Source of the DNA: an uncultured delta proteobacterium
Lineage (GTDB): Bacteria > Desulfobacterota > Binatia > UBA9968
DNA length: 64,000 nt
NCBI GenBank assembly: GCA_963847445.1
Contig: CAWJZV010000030.1
Span: 64,001-128,000, forward strand
Reading direction: 5' to 3'
The translations under genes were made by a program, and so were the position numbers. Positions within the stretch are counted from its first letter, which is position 1; every line of letters starts with the position of its first letter. Below are positions 22,612 through 32,768 of the stretch, in pieces. The notes beneath the pieces were generated by a model. It worked only from the letters and a program-made list of their open reading frames with translations, was not told the origin of the DNA and did not search any database.

Positions 22612-24035
22612 TCAGACCGATGCGATAGTCGGTTTAATCTTTCCGAATCCGGTAGCCTGCTCGAAACCATGGGCAAGCTGCAGCACGCCGAGATCGTTGC
22701 GGTAGCGCCCGACGATCTGAATGCCGACGGGCAGACCGTCCGCGGTGAATCCCGGCCGGAACCGAGATCGCCGGACAGAATGTCGAAGTGATCCAGTACG
22801 CCGACTTCATCCAGTCGAGATAGGTTGCCATTTGCACACCGTCGATCTCGTGGGGCCAGTCGAGGGTCGCGTCGAAGGGCGGCACCTGGTTCACGGCACA
22901 GATAACGAATTCATATTTTTCTTGGAAGCGGTGCATGCGCTGCATCAACTCACCATGCAGCTGCATCACTCGGGCGATATCGTCGCCAGTCAAATTGCGT
23001 CCCAATTCTATCTGCCACACCGCTTCTGGTTTCATTTTGTGACGATGATGTTCAAGCAGCGATCCAAGCGTGTGCCAGTAGTGCCACGCGCGCAGAGTCA
23101 AAAACACTTCGTCGGCGCCGCTCAAGTCCGGCACTGCATCTTCCACGGCACAGCCTAGATCGACAAACGTCTGACGCTGAACAGCCAGCACCGCGCGCAC
23201 CCGCCGGTCGAGGGGCAAGCCGCCTAGATCCGGACACCAGGCAACTCGAACGTCTTTGAACTCACGATCCAACGGTTCGGCAAACACGCGCGGGTCGGAC
23301 GGATAACAAGCCGGATCGCGCGGGTCGGCCCCGGCCATTACGCTCAGCAAAAACGCCGTATCCGCCACCGACCGCGCCATCGGCCCTTTCACTGTAAAAC
23401 CCAAGAACGGCAGCGCCACGGGTGCGGTGGGCACCAGTCCGACACTCGGACGCAGCGCCACGATGTTGTTGAAGTTAGCCGGATTGCGCAGCGAACCGCC
23501 GAGGTCGCTGCCGCTGGCGAGAGGTAGCATGCCCGCCGCCAATGCCGCACCGGCGCCACCGCTCGATCCACCGGCGCTCTTGGTCAGATCGTAGGGATTG
23601 ACGAGTTGTGCCGTACACTTCGTTGTAACTATGCGAGCCCATGCCGAACTCGGAGATGTTGGTTTTGCCGATCGGCACCACGCCGGCAAGGCGCAGCCGT
23701 TCCGCAAGAACCGAGTCTTCAGTGGGCATGAAATCTTTGAAGATCAACGACCCGCGCGTCATCGGAAAACCAACGACCGGGTCGAGTTCTTTGAATGCGA
23801 AAGGCAAACCATGCAGCGGCCCGACAGCGTCGCCGCGGACAATTCGCCGATCTGCTTCATCCGCCAAAGCGAGACACTCTGCGTCAGGCAGCTTGGCGAC
23901 GATGGCGTTGATCTTGGGATTGAGCCGGGCGATCTGCCCGAGGAACGCCGCCATGACTTCGCGCGCCGACACCTCGCGAGTGCGGATTAATCGAGCTAAC
24001 TCCCGAGCGCTGGTAAAGCAGAACTCATTGCCCAT
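22612..24035 (-). CDS. Amidase (amidase-signature family), frameshifted
   Basis: GPLHGLPFAFK, GKTN..EF, GGSSGG, GSDLGGSLRNPA, GLPVGIQIV. Confidence 0.9.
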
Positions 24036-24124
24036 CAAATTGAACAACCTCGGGTGATAATTGAGAGACAACTAGGCCGTAACCCTGAAGTGACTCTCTA
24101 GCGAAGCAGTCACTCGCGCATTAT

Positions 24125-24195
24125 CGTCACCCCGGTGAAAACCGGGGTCCATCCCCATCCTCCTAACCTGGATACCGTTTTCCAACGGTATGACG
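24125..24195. repeat. REP-like doublet, family D (GTCA...TCCA / TGGA...TGAC)
   Basis: cgtcaccccggtgaaaaccggggtcca ... ctggataccgttttccaacggtatgacg. Confidence 0.75.
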
Positions 24196-24281
24196 GACCA
24201 ATATCGTCACCGAGCTGCTGTATGGAACAATATCACTGCGCCGGGAACGAAAAATTCAATTTCGCGAGCGACAGAATGACA

Positions 24282-24827
24282 CTAGATTCCCGGTTCTTTC
24301 GGAGTCAAAGGCGGCGCGACGATGTTTTTGGCGATCAGCTCGGTATCCCAAAGTTTGGAGAATTTTAGCGCGCGCGGGCAATGGCTGTAGGATTCATCGA
24401 CGTCGATGAGCAGACCTTGGAGAACCTCGGCCTTGTCGTCGGCGTTGAAGACTTCGAGCTGGACGTCTTTCAGTTCGGCGCGGTCGACGACTGTCACGCG
24501 GCCGTTAATTCGAACAGTATTATCATGCCCGGGGATGAGAAAGATCAGCCCGACCTTCGCATTGGTTTGCAGATTGCCGTAGCCATGGAACAGCTTGTTG
24601 CCCGCCACATCGGGGAGAAACAACTGCTTGTCGTTGAGGATTTTGACAAATCCCGGCCGGCCGCCCTTCGGCGACGCATCGCAATTGCCCTCCGCGCTGC
24701 TCGTCGCCATCACGCAGAACGGCGAGTGACGGATAAAATCCTGAATCCACTCCGCCATATAGGGCCGCACCTTGCCCCTAGTCCGCTCCGCCGGATAGCC
24801 GAATTTTTCTTGATAATTGTTGTCCAT
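24282..24827 (-). CDS. Pyridoxamine 5'-phosphate oxidase-like FMN-binding protein
   Basis: FI..SPF..AT..G.CDASPKGG.PGFV, PD..GN, VGLIFLIPG, HCPRAL..S.LW. Confidence 0.85.
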   Translation of the reverse strand: MDNNYQEKFGYPAERTRGKVRPYMAEWIQDFIRHSPFCVMATSSAEGNCDASPKGGRPGFVKILNDKQLFLPDVAGNKLFHGYGNLQTNAKVGLIFLIPGHDNTVRINGRVTVVDRAELKDVQLEVFNADDKAEVLQGLLIDVDESYSHCPRALKFSKLWDTELIAKNIVAPPLTPKEPGI

Positions 24828-24852
24828 CGACCACTCCTTAGAGTTAGGCGAA

Positions 24853-25410
24853 TTATTTCTTCGGATCGAGAAAACTTAAGCGCTCGGCCATGGGCGTTTC
24901 GGGAAAGACAAAGCCGCATGACTTGCATGTGCGCATGGTTTCGCTGGCATTGAACTCAGTGTAAACCGCTGTCACTTGCGACGGGATATTCCCCTGGTTC
25001 ACCACGCGGGAAAGCACCAGCTCGTCGCACTGCTCGCAGAACCAAGCGAACTCTTCCTTCTCTTCCTGGCGCCGCTTGCGCTCGATCACTAGCCCCCAGG
25101 TGTTGTCAAAGCGGCGCGGCGAGTGGGGCAAGCCGCCGGGACAGACGAAAATCTCCCCTTCTTTGATCCGGACATTCTGGCGGCGCTCGCCATCGGGCTT
25201 TAGAACCAATTCCATCTCCCCTTCCACCTGATAAAAGAACTCGTCCCCCGGCTCGATATGAAAATCCAGCCGCGTATTCGGCCCGCGCAGGATCATCACC
25301 AGGAAATCTTTCTGGTGCACGAGAAGCTGATTGGTTCTGAACGGTGGATTGAATAAGTGGCGGTTTTCGCCAATCCACTTCTTCAGATGAAAACTCGAAA
25401 GCAATTCCAT
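24853..25410 (-). CDS. nbaC: 3-hydroxyanthranilate 3,4-dioxygenase
   Basis: GPNTRLDFH...EFFYQ.EG, PHSP.R, GLVIERKR; rubredoxin-like CEQC/CKSC. Confidence 0.85.
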   Translation of the reverse strand: MELLSSFHLKKWIGENRHLFNPPFRTNQLLVHQKDFLVMILRGPNTRLDFHIEPGDEFFYQVEGEMELVLKPDGERRQNVRIKEGEIFVCPGGLPHSPRRFDNTWGLVIERKRRQEEKEEFAWFCEQCDELVLSRVVNQGNIPSQVTAVYTEFNASETMRTCKSCGFVFPETPMAERLSFLDPKK

Positions 25411-25535
25411 AATTGAACCTCAATGGGGCGCCCTAGATCGAGTCACTCTTCGTTGCCCCCGTTGCGTTGCCATTGTTAAGTGTTTGCCTGGCATGGGCAA
25501 ATTTTGGTTCCCATGAGCGCCGCCGCGCTACCCCA

Positions 25536-25868
25536 GGGCGTATGCCATACGCCCCTACGAAGAGATCCGAACATTGCATTGCTATAGCTACCAGTTTGCG
25601 TAGCTTGAGCAAATTTCTCTGGCGGTGAATTGCTCGGATTCGGATATTCCTCCCGCAAAGTCGCCAAGTTCGGCAGAGATGTCATTTCGACCGCAGGGAG
25701 AAATCTTTCTAGATCCCTGCATTCGCTCGGGAGGACGGGCATTAGCCCGTCACCTTTGCGCCTGACTTTGCGGGAGATAATCCGATACTTTTTTTGCGCC
25801 CTTTGCGCTCTTTGCGGCCATTCTTCCCTTCAGTTGAGGCTGTGCCGGGCTGCCTACTTTGCGGTTAA
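25536..25868. repeat. Composite REP mosaic (GTAG-type REP, family C arms, nested GTCATTTCGA element)
   Basis: gggcgtatgccatacgcccctac; ctcccgcaaagtc ... gactttgcgggag enclosing gtcatttcgaccgcagggagaaatct; ctttgcgctctttgcggcca. Confidence 0.75.
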
Positions 25869-25873
25869 ATTTC

Positions 25874-26650
25874 TTACTTAGTCAGCTGTCCGCATTCCCG
25901 CGCGACGCCGTCGGTGATCGCCCACCAGATGCCCAATCCTTTGCGTAACGCTTTCACCACCCGCACCTGCATCTCGTTGGTGGTGGCGAACTGTTCGACC
26001 AGTTCGTAACCGATGTTGCTGTGTTCGGTGTCGGCTTCGCCATGTTCGGCGAAAAATTCGATATCATGGGGCTTCAGACCATAATGATCTTTGAAGGCGC
26101 GAAAAAACTGGCCACCGGTGAGATGGTTCGAGTATTCGTTGCAGCAATTGGTCGCAGCCACTTGTTCAAGAATGTGGTTGCTGCGCAGGGCGATATCCAT
26201 CCAGCCGACCCGCGCCAATACCGTGGTGGGCAAAAAGTCTTCCTCGATTTCGCAGCGTTCCAACTCTTTCGCTGGCACGCCGATGGCGTCGCCGAAGCGG
26301 AGAAACAACGCCCGATGGCCCAGCACTGCCCGCGGCGATCCTTCGAAGTAGCTGTAGCCGACCTCGGAATGAATGACATCGACAAACTTTTTATGAATCT
26401 CCGGATCGTGAATGCCGGACATCTGGCAGCGCACCAGCTTGGCAGTATTGATCGCGACATTACAGGCGAAGATGCCCCAGGCTTCCTTGGCCCATATGCG
26501 CACGGCTTCGATGGGCAGCTTGCCCTCGAACAGATCGCGATAGAACGGATGATGGAGCCGGGCGTGGCGGTTCTTCACTTCGTCCATCAGCAACTGGCAG
26601 AGGTCTTTGGTCGGCAGGGTTTTGCCGTTCAGCACTGCTTCAATCGACAT
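25874..26650 (-). CDS. Heme-oxygenase-like (PqqC/CADD/TenA) protein
   Basis: HHPFY..L.EG.L, E..H..LF.RF, NE, FF.EH.EAD.EH diiron-type ligands. Confidence 0.8.
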   Translation of the reverse strand: MSIEAVLNGKTLPTKDLCQLLMDEVKNRHARLHHPFYRDLFEGKLPIEAVRIWAKEAWGIFACNVAINTAKLVRCQMSGIHDPEIHKKFVDVIHSEVGYSYFEGSPRAVLGHRALFLRFGDAIGVPAKELERCEIEEDFLPTTVLARVGWMDIALRSNHILEQVAATNCCNEYSNHLTGGQFFRAFKDHYGLKPHDIEFFAEHGEADTEHSNIGYELVEQFATTNEMQVRVVKALRKGLGIWWAITDGVARECGQLTK

Positions 26651-26736
26651 AGCGTTCTCACTCCTTCGTGCTCGCCCTCACCCTCCCAGCTCCGAAACGG
26701 GCGAGGGTAAGACATGCGGCGTCAACGTTTGCCAAA

Positions 26737-27741
26737 CTATTTTTTGTACAGCTGCGCCACAAAGCCACTGTCGTCCAACTCTTTAAGAAAGCGTGGTTCG
26801 AGGAAACGCTTTGCATCGGCACCGCGCGCTTTAGGATTGGTCTTGGCTAAGTCTTCGAGTATCGTTTCGACGCCCTTGATGCTCGGATACGGCAGCCGCG
26901 CCATGTATTTGATCGCGTAGGTGTTGTACGCCTCTTCCAGTGATGGGCGATCTTTGAGCTTGGTAAACTTGGCGATGGACTGAATGCTCGCTTCTTTCTG
27001 GGATTTGTAAAAATGAATGCCTTCGATCAAGCCGCGCACAAAGCGCCGCACCACCGCTTCTTTTCGTTGAATCGTCTGCCGGGTGGTGGCCAGCGAGGTG
27101 CCGAGATAGTCCAGACCGAGATCGCCCAAGCTGCCGTACTCGTGCAGTCCTTCTTGCTTGGCGCGGGTGGAAAACGGCGGCTGCAGCAGTGTCGCATCGA
27201 CCAGGCCGGTCTGCACGGCGGCTAGTCGCGACGGCTGGGTGCCCACCGACAGCATGGTGATCTCTTTGTCGGCGTCGACGCCCCATTTCTTGAAGGCAAC
27301 GCGAATACCGTAGTCGTCGGTCGCCCCCGGCCTGGCGATGCCGACCTTCTTGCCTTTCCAGTCGCCCACGGATTTTAGGTTGGGCCGGGTGATGATCGAG
27401 TGCTCCATGGTGTTGATGAACGTCGCCAGCACCACGGTCTCGGCGCCCTCTAAGTTCGACGACACCGCGGCCGGCCCGGCGAATATCGTCAGATCGAGAT
27501 CCCCCGATACTAACGCGGCGATGTTCGGAGGGGCACCGGCAACGAAAAGAATCTGCAAGTCGAGATCGTACTTCTTGAAGAAGCCGGCATCCCGGGCAAC
27601 GAACAACACCGCCTGCGAACCGCTGATGGCGCTGTGGGAAATATTCACGCGCTCCGCGGCGGTTGCCGCCGAGCCAATTAGCAGCACCGCGATCAAACTA
27701 AAATACGAACCGATTCGCTGCAAAGCATTGCTCCATTCCAT
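26737..27741 (-). CDS. ABC substrate-binding protein, NitT/TauT family
   Basis: Intact; GFFKKYDLD, KGKKVGIARPG.T.D, PYPS..GV, ELDDSGFVAQLY. Confidence 0.9.
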   Translation of the reverse strand: MEWSNALQRIGSYFSLIAVLLIGSAATAAERVNISHSAISGSQAVLFVARDAGFFKKYDLDLQILFVAGAPPNIAALVSGDLDLTIFAGPAAVSSNLEGAETVVLATFINTMEHSIITRPNLKSVGDWKGKKVGIARPGATDDYGIRVAFKKWGVDADKEITMLSVGTQPSRLAAVQTGLVDATLLQPPFSTRAKQEGLHEYGSLGDLGLDYLGTSLATTRQTIQRKEAVVRRFVRGLIEGIHFYKSQKEASIQSIAKFTKLKDRPSLEEAYNTYAIKYMARLPYPSIKGVETILEDLAKTNPKARGADAKRFLEPRFLKELDDSGFVAQLYKK

Positions 27742-27743
27742 GG

Positions 27744-28175
27744 CTAGTGTTTCCTGCGATTGTCGAATCTGAATTTGTTGGCGTTGCAGGCGATTTCGAC
27801 GCGGTTGCCGTCCGGATCGAGAAAGCTCACCGAACGGTTGCCCGCCACCACCAGAGTCTCCGGACCGCTGACCACCGGAATCTTGCGCCGCTTCAAGATC
27901 GGATAGAGCTGGTCGATGATTTCGTTCTTGTCGACGTAGAAGCAGAAGTGATGCAGCTTGGCCACGCCTTTGCCGCGCACATGCTTGGCGCCCTTGGGCA
28001 AAGCTTGCAGCGCGATGTCATGGTGTTCGCGGCCGTAACTCATGAAGGTCATCTTGGTTTGTAAGTTGCGCGCCGAGACCTGGAGGCCGAGAACCGTCCG
28101 GTAGAACTGCTCGGACTTCTTCAAGTCGGCGACATTGAGGACGATGTGACCGAGAGCGCCATTGGAGATTCTCAT
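27744..28175 (-). CDS. VOC (glyoxalase/extradiol dioxygenase) family protein
   Basis: LGHIVLNV.DL..S..FY..VLG, HHDIAL, LHHF.F, F.DPDGN.VE. Confidence 0.88.
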   Translation of the reverse strand: MRISNGALGHIVLNVADLKKSEQFYRTVLGLQVSARNLQTKMTFMSYGREHHDIALQALPKGAKHVRGKGVAKLHHFCFYVDKNEIIDQLYPILKRRKIPVVSGPETLVVAGNRSVSFLDPDGNRVEIACNANKFRFDNRRKH

Positions 28176-28311
28176 AGGAAGCCTCAATTAATCTTGCCCT
28201 GGCGAAGCTGTCAAGATCACTGAAGCGATAATTTGTCCGACCGCGGTTTGACAAGTCTTTGACGAATACGGGATATTCGCCGCAGTCGTTTGCGGCAATC
28301 AGGAGAACACA

Positions 28312-29020
28312 ATGAAAATCATGGTCGTCATGGGCGAATATCCTGCCGAAGAAGGCGAACGGCGCCGCCAAGCGGTGCTCAAGTGCGCTTCGCCGGGAAC
28401 CGAGATCGGCTTCGACGTGATCAAAGCGACTTTCTTTCGCCATTCCAACTCGCAAGTCAATTCGCTGTCGGCTGGTCCGCTTAGTCGCCGAGATCGCCAT
28501 CCGCGCCGAAGCCAACGGTTACGACGCCGTGGTGCCCTTCGGCACCTTGGACGCCGGCGTCGAGCTGTCGCGCAATCTGGTCAAGATCCCGATCGTCGGC
28601 GCCGGCCAATCGGTGCTGCATCTGGGCGCGCAGCTGAGCAACCGTCTCGGCGTGATCGCCTACGAAGACAAGAGCGTGCCGTTCATGCGCAAGCAGATGC
28701 ATGTCTGGCGCGTCGCCGACTTCGTCGTCGGCATCCGCGGCATCGGCATCCCGCTGCCCGAGAGCACCAAGAACCGCGACGCCATGCGCGGCCGCTTCAT
28801 CGAGGTCGCCCGCTATTTAATCGACCAGTGCGACGCCGAAGTCATCGTGCCCATGGGCGTGACCATGGTGCCGGTGCAATATTCGCCCCAGGAAATGGAA
28901 AAAGAACTCGGCGTGCCGGTGATGGACGCGCTCAAGACCAGCATCCAGACCGCCGAGATGATGGTGCGCATGGGGCTGACGCATAGTGTGAGGACCTATC
29001 CGCGGCCGGCAGTGAAGTGA
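28312..29020 (+). CDS. Hydantoin racemase-like protein (Asp/Glu racemase superfamily), frameshifted
   Basis: ASPGTEI, AE.NGYDAVV, D.GV..R..V.IPIVG, ELGVPV.D, GL.HS..YP.P. Confidence 0.75.
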
Positions 29021-29060
29021 GTTCGAACGATGGAGAATCGAGGATTGAGGATGGCTTTCG

Positions 29061-29933
29061 ATGCGTCGGTTTGACCTGGTTGAGCCGAGATCGCTGTCAG
29101 AGGCTTGCGCGATGCTCGCCAACGACAGCGATGCCAAAGTCGTTGCCGGCGGCACGGCGCTGCTGACGATCATCAAGCAAGGATTGTTGCTGCCGAAGTT
29201 ACTAGTCAACTTAAAAAAAATCAGCGATGCTTCCGCGATCACCTTCGATCCAGTCCAAGGGCTTGCGCATTGGCGCGTTGGCGACGATCAACGAGATCGA
29301 AACCTCTGAAACCGTTCAGACGCACTATCCCGCCCTCGCCGAAGCCTGCCATGTGGTGGCGAACATCCGCATTCGCAACATGGCCACCCTCGGCGGCAAT
29401 CTCGCCCATGGCGACTATCAATCCGATCCGCCGACCGTGTTGGCCGCTTTGGATGCTCGTGTCGAACTGATGAGCGCAGGCAAGGTTCGCCAGCTTGCGC
29501 TTGACTGATTTTCAACTCGGCAGCTATGAAACCGCGCTTCAGCCGGGCGAGCTGCTTGCCGCCGTGGTGATTCCGCCGCTGCCGCAGGGAATGAGCGGTC
29601 ATTATGTCAAATTCACCACCGGATCTTCTGAAGAGCGGCCCTGCGCCGGCGTTGCCGCGTTGGCGAGATTGAAAGATGGCGTTTGCCATGAACTGCGCCT
29701 GGCGGTGGGCGCGGTGTCGGCTAAGCCACTGCGCATCGCTGCGGAAAAACTCGCCACCGGCAAGGCGCTAACCGCCGAGCTTATTGCGACCATTGCCGCC
29801 GATGCGGCGCGGACCATCGATCCCATCGACGATGTGCGTGGGCCGGCGGATTACAAGCGCCATCTGGTCGGCGTGTTGACCCGCCGCGCGCTGCAAGATC
29901 TCGCCAACGGCAGAACGGAGACAAGCATCATGA
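29061..29933 (+). CDS. Xanthine dehydrogenase family FAD-binding (medium) subunit, frameshifted
   Basis: F...EP.SL.EA, VAGGT.L, IRNMATLGGNL, PIDDVRGPADYK; TGA 29931-33 overlaps next ATG. Confidence 0.88.
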
Positions 29934-32253
29934 CCCTGGTCGGCACCAACGTTGAAATGGTCGGCGGCCGCGCCAAGGTCAGCGGCGCGGTGAGCTACGT
30001 CGCCGATATGGAATTCCCCGGCCAGCTCTACGCCAAGGCGCTGCGCAGCCCCTATCCCCATGCGAAATTGCTGCGCATCGATGCCAGCAAAGCTGCGGCG
30101 CTGCGCGGTGTGCGCGCCGTGGTGACACGCGACGACTTGGCCGGATTGAATCCCTACTTCGGCACCGGCGTCGAAGATCAGCCGGTGCTGGTCATCGACA
30201 AAGTGCGCTGCGTCGGCGACATCGTTGCCGCGGTGGCCGCCGACAGCCGGGAGATCGCCGAAGAGGCGGTGGCGCTGATCGAGGCGGATTACCAAGAACT
30301 GCCGGCAGCCACCGACATCCTCGAAGCGGCCAAGGCCGGACGCGCCGATTATTCAAGAATTGCATGTCGACCAACGCGCCGGCGGCAACATTCACGGCGT
30401 CTATCGGGCCTCCAGCGGCAATATCGAGCAGGGCTTTAAAGAATCTGACGAAGTTATCGAAAATATTTATAAAATTCCACCAGTGCAGCATGGCCATATC
30501 GAGCCCCATGTGGTCACCGCATTGTGGGAGCCCAGTGGCAAGCTGGTGGTCCATACGCCGAGCCAGACGCCGTCGCCGCTGCAGGAGCAGATCGCCAAAG
30601 TTTTCAAAATGCCGCTTAACCGCGTGCGCGTCATCGTGCCATTCATCGGCGGCGGTTACGGCGGCAAGAACCACGCGCGCATCGAACCGGTGGTGGCGCT
30701 GTTGGCGCGCAAGGCGCGCCGCCCGGTGCAGTGGATTCTCACCCGCGACGAAGTCTTTTTCACCGGCCGGCGCTTCGGCGCGGTGGTGAAAATCAAAACC
30801 GGCTTCAAACGCGACGGCCGCTTGTGGGCGCGCAAGGTCGACGCCTGGTACGATATGGGCGCCTACGCCCTCTCCGGTCCGGCGAACACCAAGAACGCCG
30901 CCATCATCGCCGGCGGGCCCTACAACATTCCTCATCGTGATTTCACGACCTACGCGGTTTACACCAACCTGCCGCCGGCCGGACCTTATCGCGGCGTCGG
31001 CGCGTCCCATGTCTGTTGGGCCTACGAATCGGACATCGACGACATCGCCCGGCGCTGCAATCTCGATCCGCTCGAAATCCGGCTGAAAAATTTGCTTCAA
31101 GAAAACGACCGTTTCATCACCGGCGAACCGATGATTTCCGTCGGCGTCTCCGAGTGCCTCAAACAAGTGGCTCAATCGATCAATTGGCAAACTGGAGCGG
31201 AGCAATCCTTGCGCAGCGATGCAATGGCAGCGGAGCAATCCTTCGCGCGAAGTCCGCGATGCGATCGTCCGCGGCAAGGGGCTCGCGGTCGCGATCAAGA
31301 GCACGTCGACGCCGAGCACCTCCGCCGCCAGCGTGCGGTTGAATGCCGACGGCTCGGCGATCTTGCTGACCAGCACCGTCCGACATGGGCCAGGGCGCCC
31401 AGACCGCGCTGGCGCAGATCGTCGCCGACGAGTTGGCTCTGCCTTTCGAGCGCGTGACCGTGACATTCCCCGACAGCGATATTACTCCCTACGATAAATC
31501 GACAAGCTCGAGCCGCGCGACGTTTCACATGGGCAAAGCGGCGCAGATCGCCGTGGGGCAGATTCGCGAGCAATTGTTTCAAGCCGGATGCGAAGTCGCT
31601 CGAAGCGCGCGTCGAGGATCTAGAGCTGCGCGATAGCCGCTTGCAAGTGAAAGGCGTGCCGGAAAGAAGCCTGACCTATCCGCAGCTCTTCAAAGCGATC
31701 TACGGCGAGGCCAGCGGCAACTTGTTCGGCAGCCACACACTGCGCACCGAAGGCGGCGTCGATGCCGTGACCGGCCAAGGCAAGGGTTCGTCGTTTTGGT
31801 TCTACTCAGCGGCCGGCGCCGAGGTCGAAGTCGACACCGAGACCGGCAAAGTGCGCGTGTTGCAAGTGGCCAGCGCCGTCGATGTCGGCAAGGCGGTCCA
31901 TCCGCTCCAGTGCAGTCTGCAAAATGAAGGCTCGGCGCTCGCCGGCTTGGGCTCGGCGCTGTTCGAAGAAATACGCTACGACAACGGCCAGCCGATCAAC
32001 AGCACGTTCCTCGACTATCTCCTGCCGTCGATGCTCGACCATCCCGGCGAATTTCAAATCGCTGCTAGTGGAGACGCCCCATCCCGACGGCCCGTGCGGC
32101 GCCAAAGGCATGGGCGAAGCCGCTTTGCCGCCGATGGCGCCGGCGATCGGCAATGCCATCGCCAATGCGCTGAACGGCGTGCGCGTGCGCGACTTGCCGG
32201 TGCGGCCCGACAAGATCGTCGCCGCGTTAAACTCCAGCAAGGAGAACCGCTAA
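29930..32253 (+). CDS. Xanthine dehydrogenase family molybdopterin-binding (large) subunit, frameshifted
   Basis: KVSG...Y..D, LRSPYPHA, IGGGYGGK, GPYRGVG, MGQG..T, EVEVDTETG.V, GAKGMGE. Confidence 0.9.
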
Positions 32254-32254
32254 G

Positions 32255-32716
32255 ATGAAACTCGCCATCGCCACCACGATCAACGGCCAGCGCGAAGAAA
32301 TCGCCGTGAACCCGCATCAGACGCTTCTGGAATTCCTGCGCGACGATCTGAAGCTCAAGGGCGCCGTCGAGGGTTGCAGTGTCGGCGTCTGCGGTTCGTG
32401 CACGGTACTGATCGACGGCAAACCGGTCAGTTCCTGTCTCACCCTCGCCAGCAACATCGAAGGCAAAACAGTCAGCACCATCGAAGGACTTTCGCAAAAC
32501 GGCGAGCTCGATCCGGTGCAGCAGGCCTTCTTGAAGAACCAGGCCTTCCAATGCGGCTTCTGCACCACCGGCATGATCATGGCGGTGAAGGGGTTGTTGA
32601 ACGCCCATCCGCACCCGAGCGAAGAACAGGCGCGCGACTATCTCTCCGGTAACCTGTGCCGCTGCGGCACTTACAAAGAGGTGCTGGCGGCGGTCAAAGA
32701 CTTGGGCGGACGGTGA
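32255..32716 (+). CDS. Xanthine dehydrogenase family [2Fe-2S] (small) subunit
   Basis: GCSVGVCGSCTV, QCGFCT, GNLCRC. Confidence 0.95.
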   Translation: MKLAIATTINGQREEIAVNPHQTLLEFLRDDLKLKGAVEGCSVGVCGSCTVLIDGKPVSSCLTLASNIEGKTVSTIEGLSQNGELDPVQQAFLKNQAFQCGFCTTGMIMAVKGLLNAHPHPSEEQARDYLSGNLCRCGTYKEVLAAVKDLGGR

Positions 32717-32768
32717 GGGCATTGTTGGTTTAGCTTGGTATCGTTTGGTTAAGTCCAGAGAAGCGTTG

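Noticed and set aside
25874-26650. pqqC of PQQ biosynthesis
   Set aside because: No pqqA, B, D or E nearby; only superfamily-level motifs
29495-30439. Apparent fusion of the FAD subunit to the molybdopterin subunit
   Set aside because: An ATGA stop/start overlap with an upstream GGAG sits at 29930-29933; one indel explains the read-through
30192-31466. Long antisense ORFs (this one, 7420-8313, 36061-36882, 52877-53650 and others)
   Set aside because: Opposite-strand shadows of well-supported genes, expected in high-GC DNA
29061-32716. Aerobic CO dehydrogenase (coxMSL)
   Set aside because: Lacks the AYxCSFR motif and cox accessory genes
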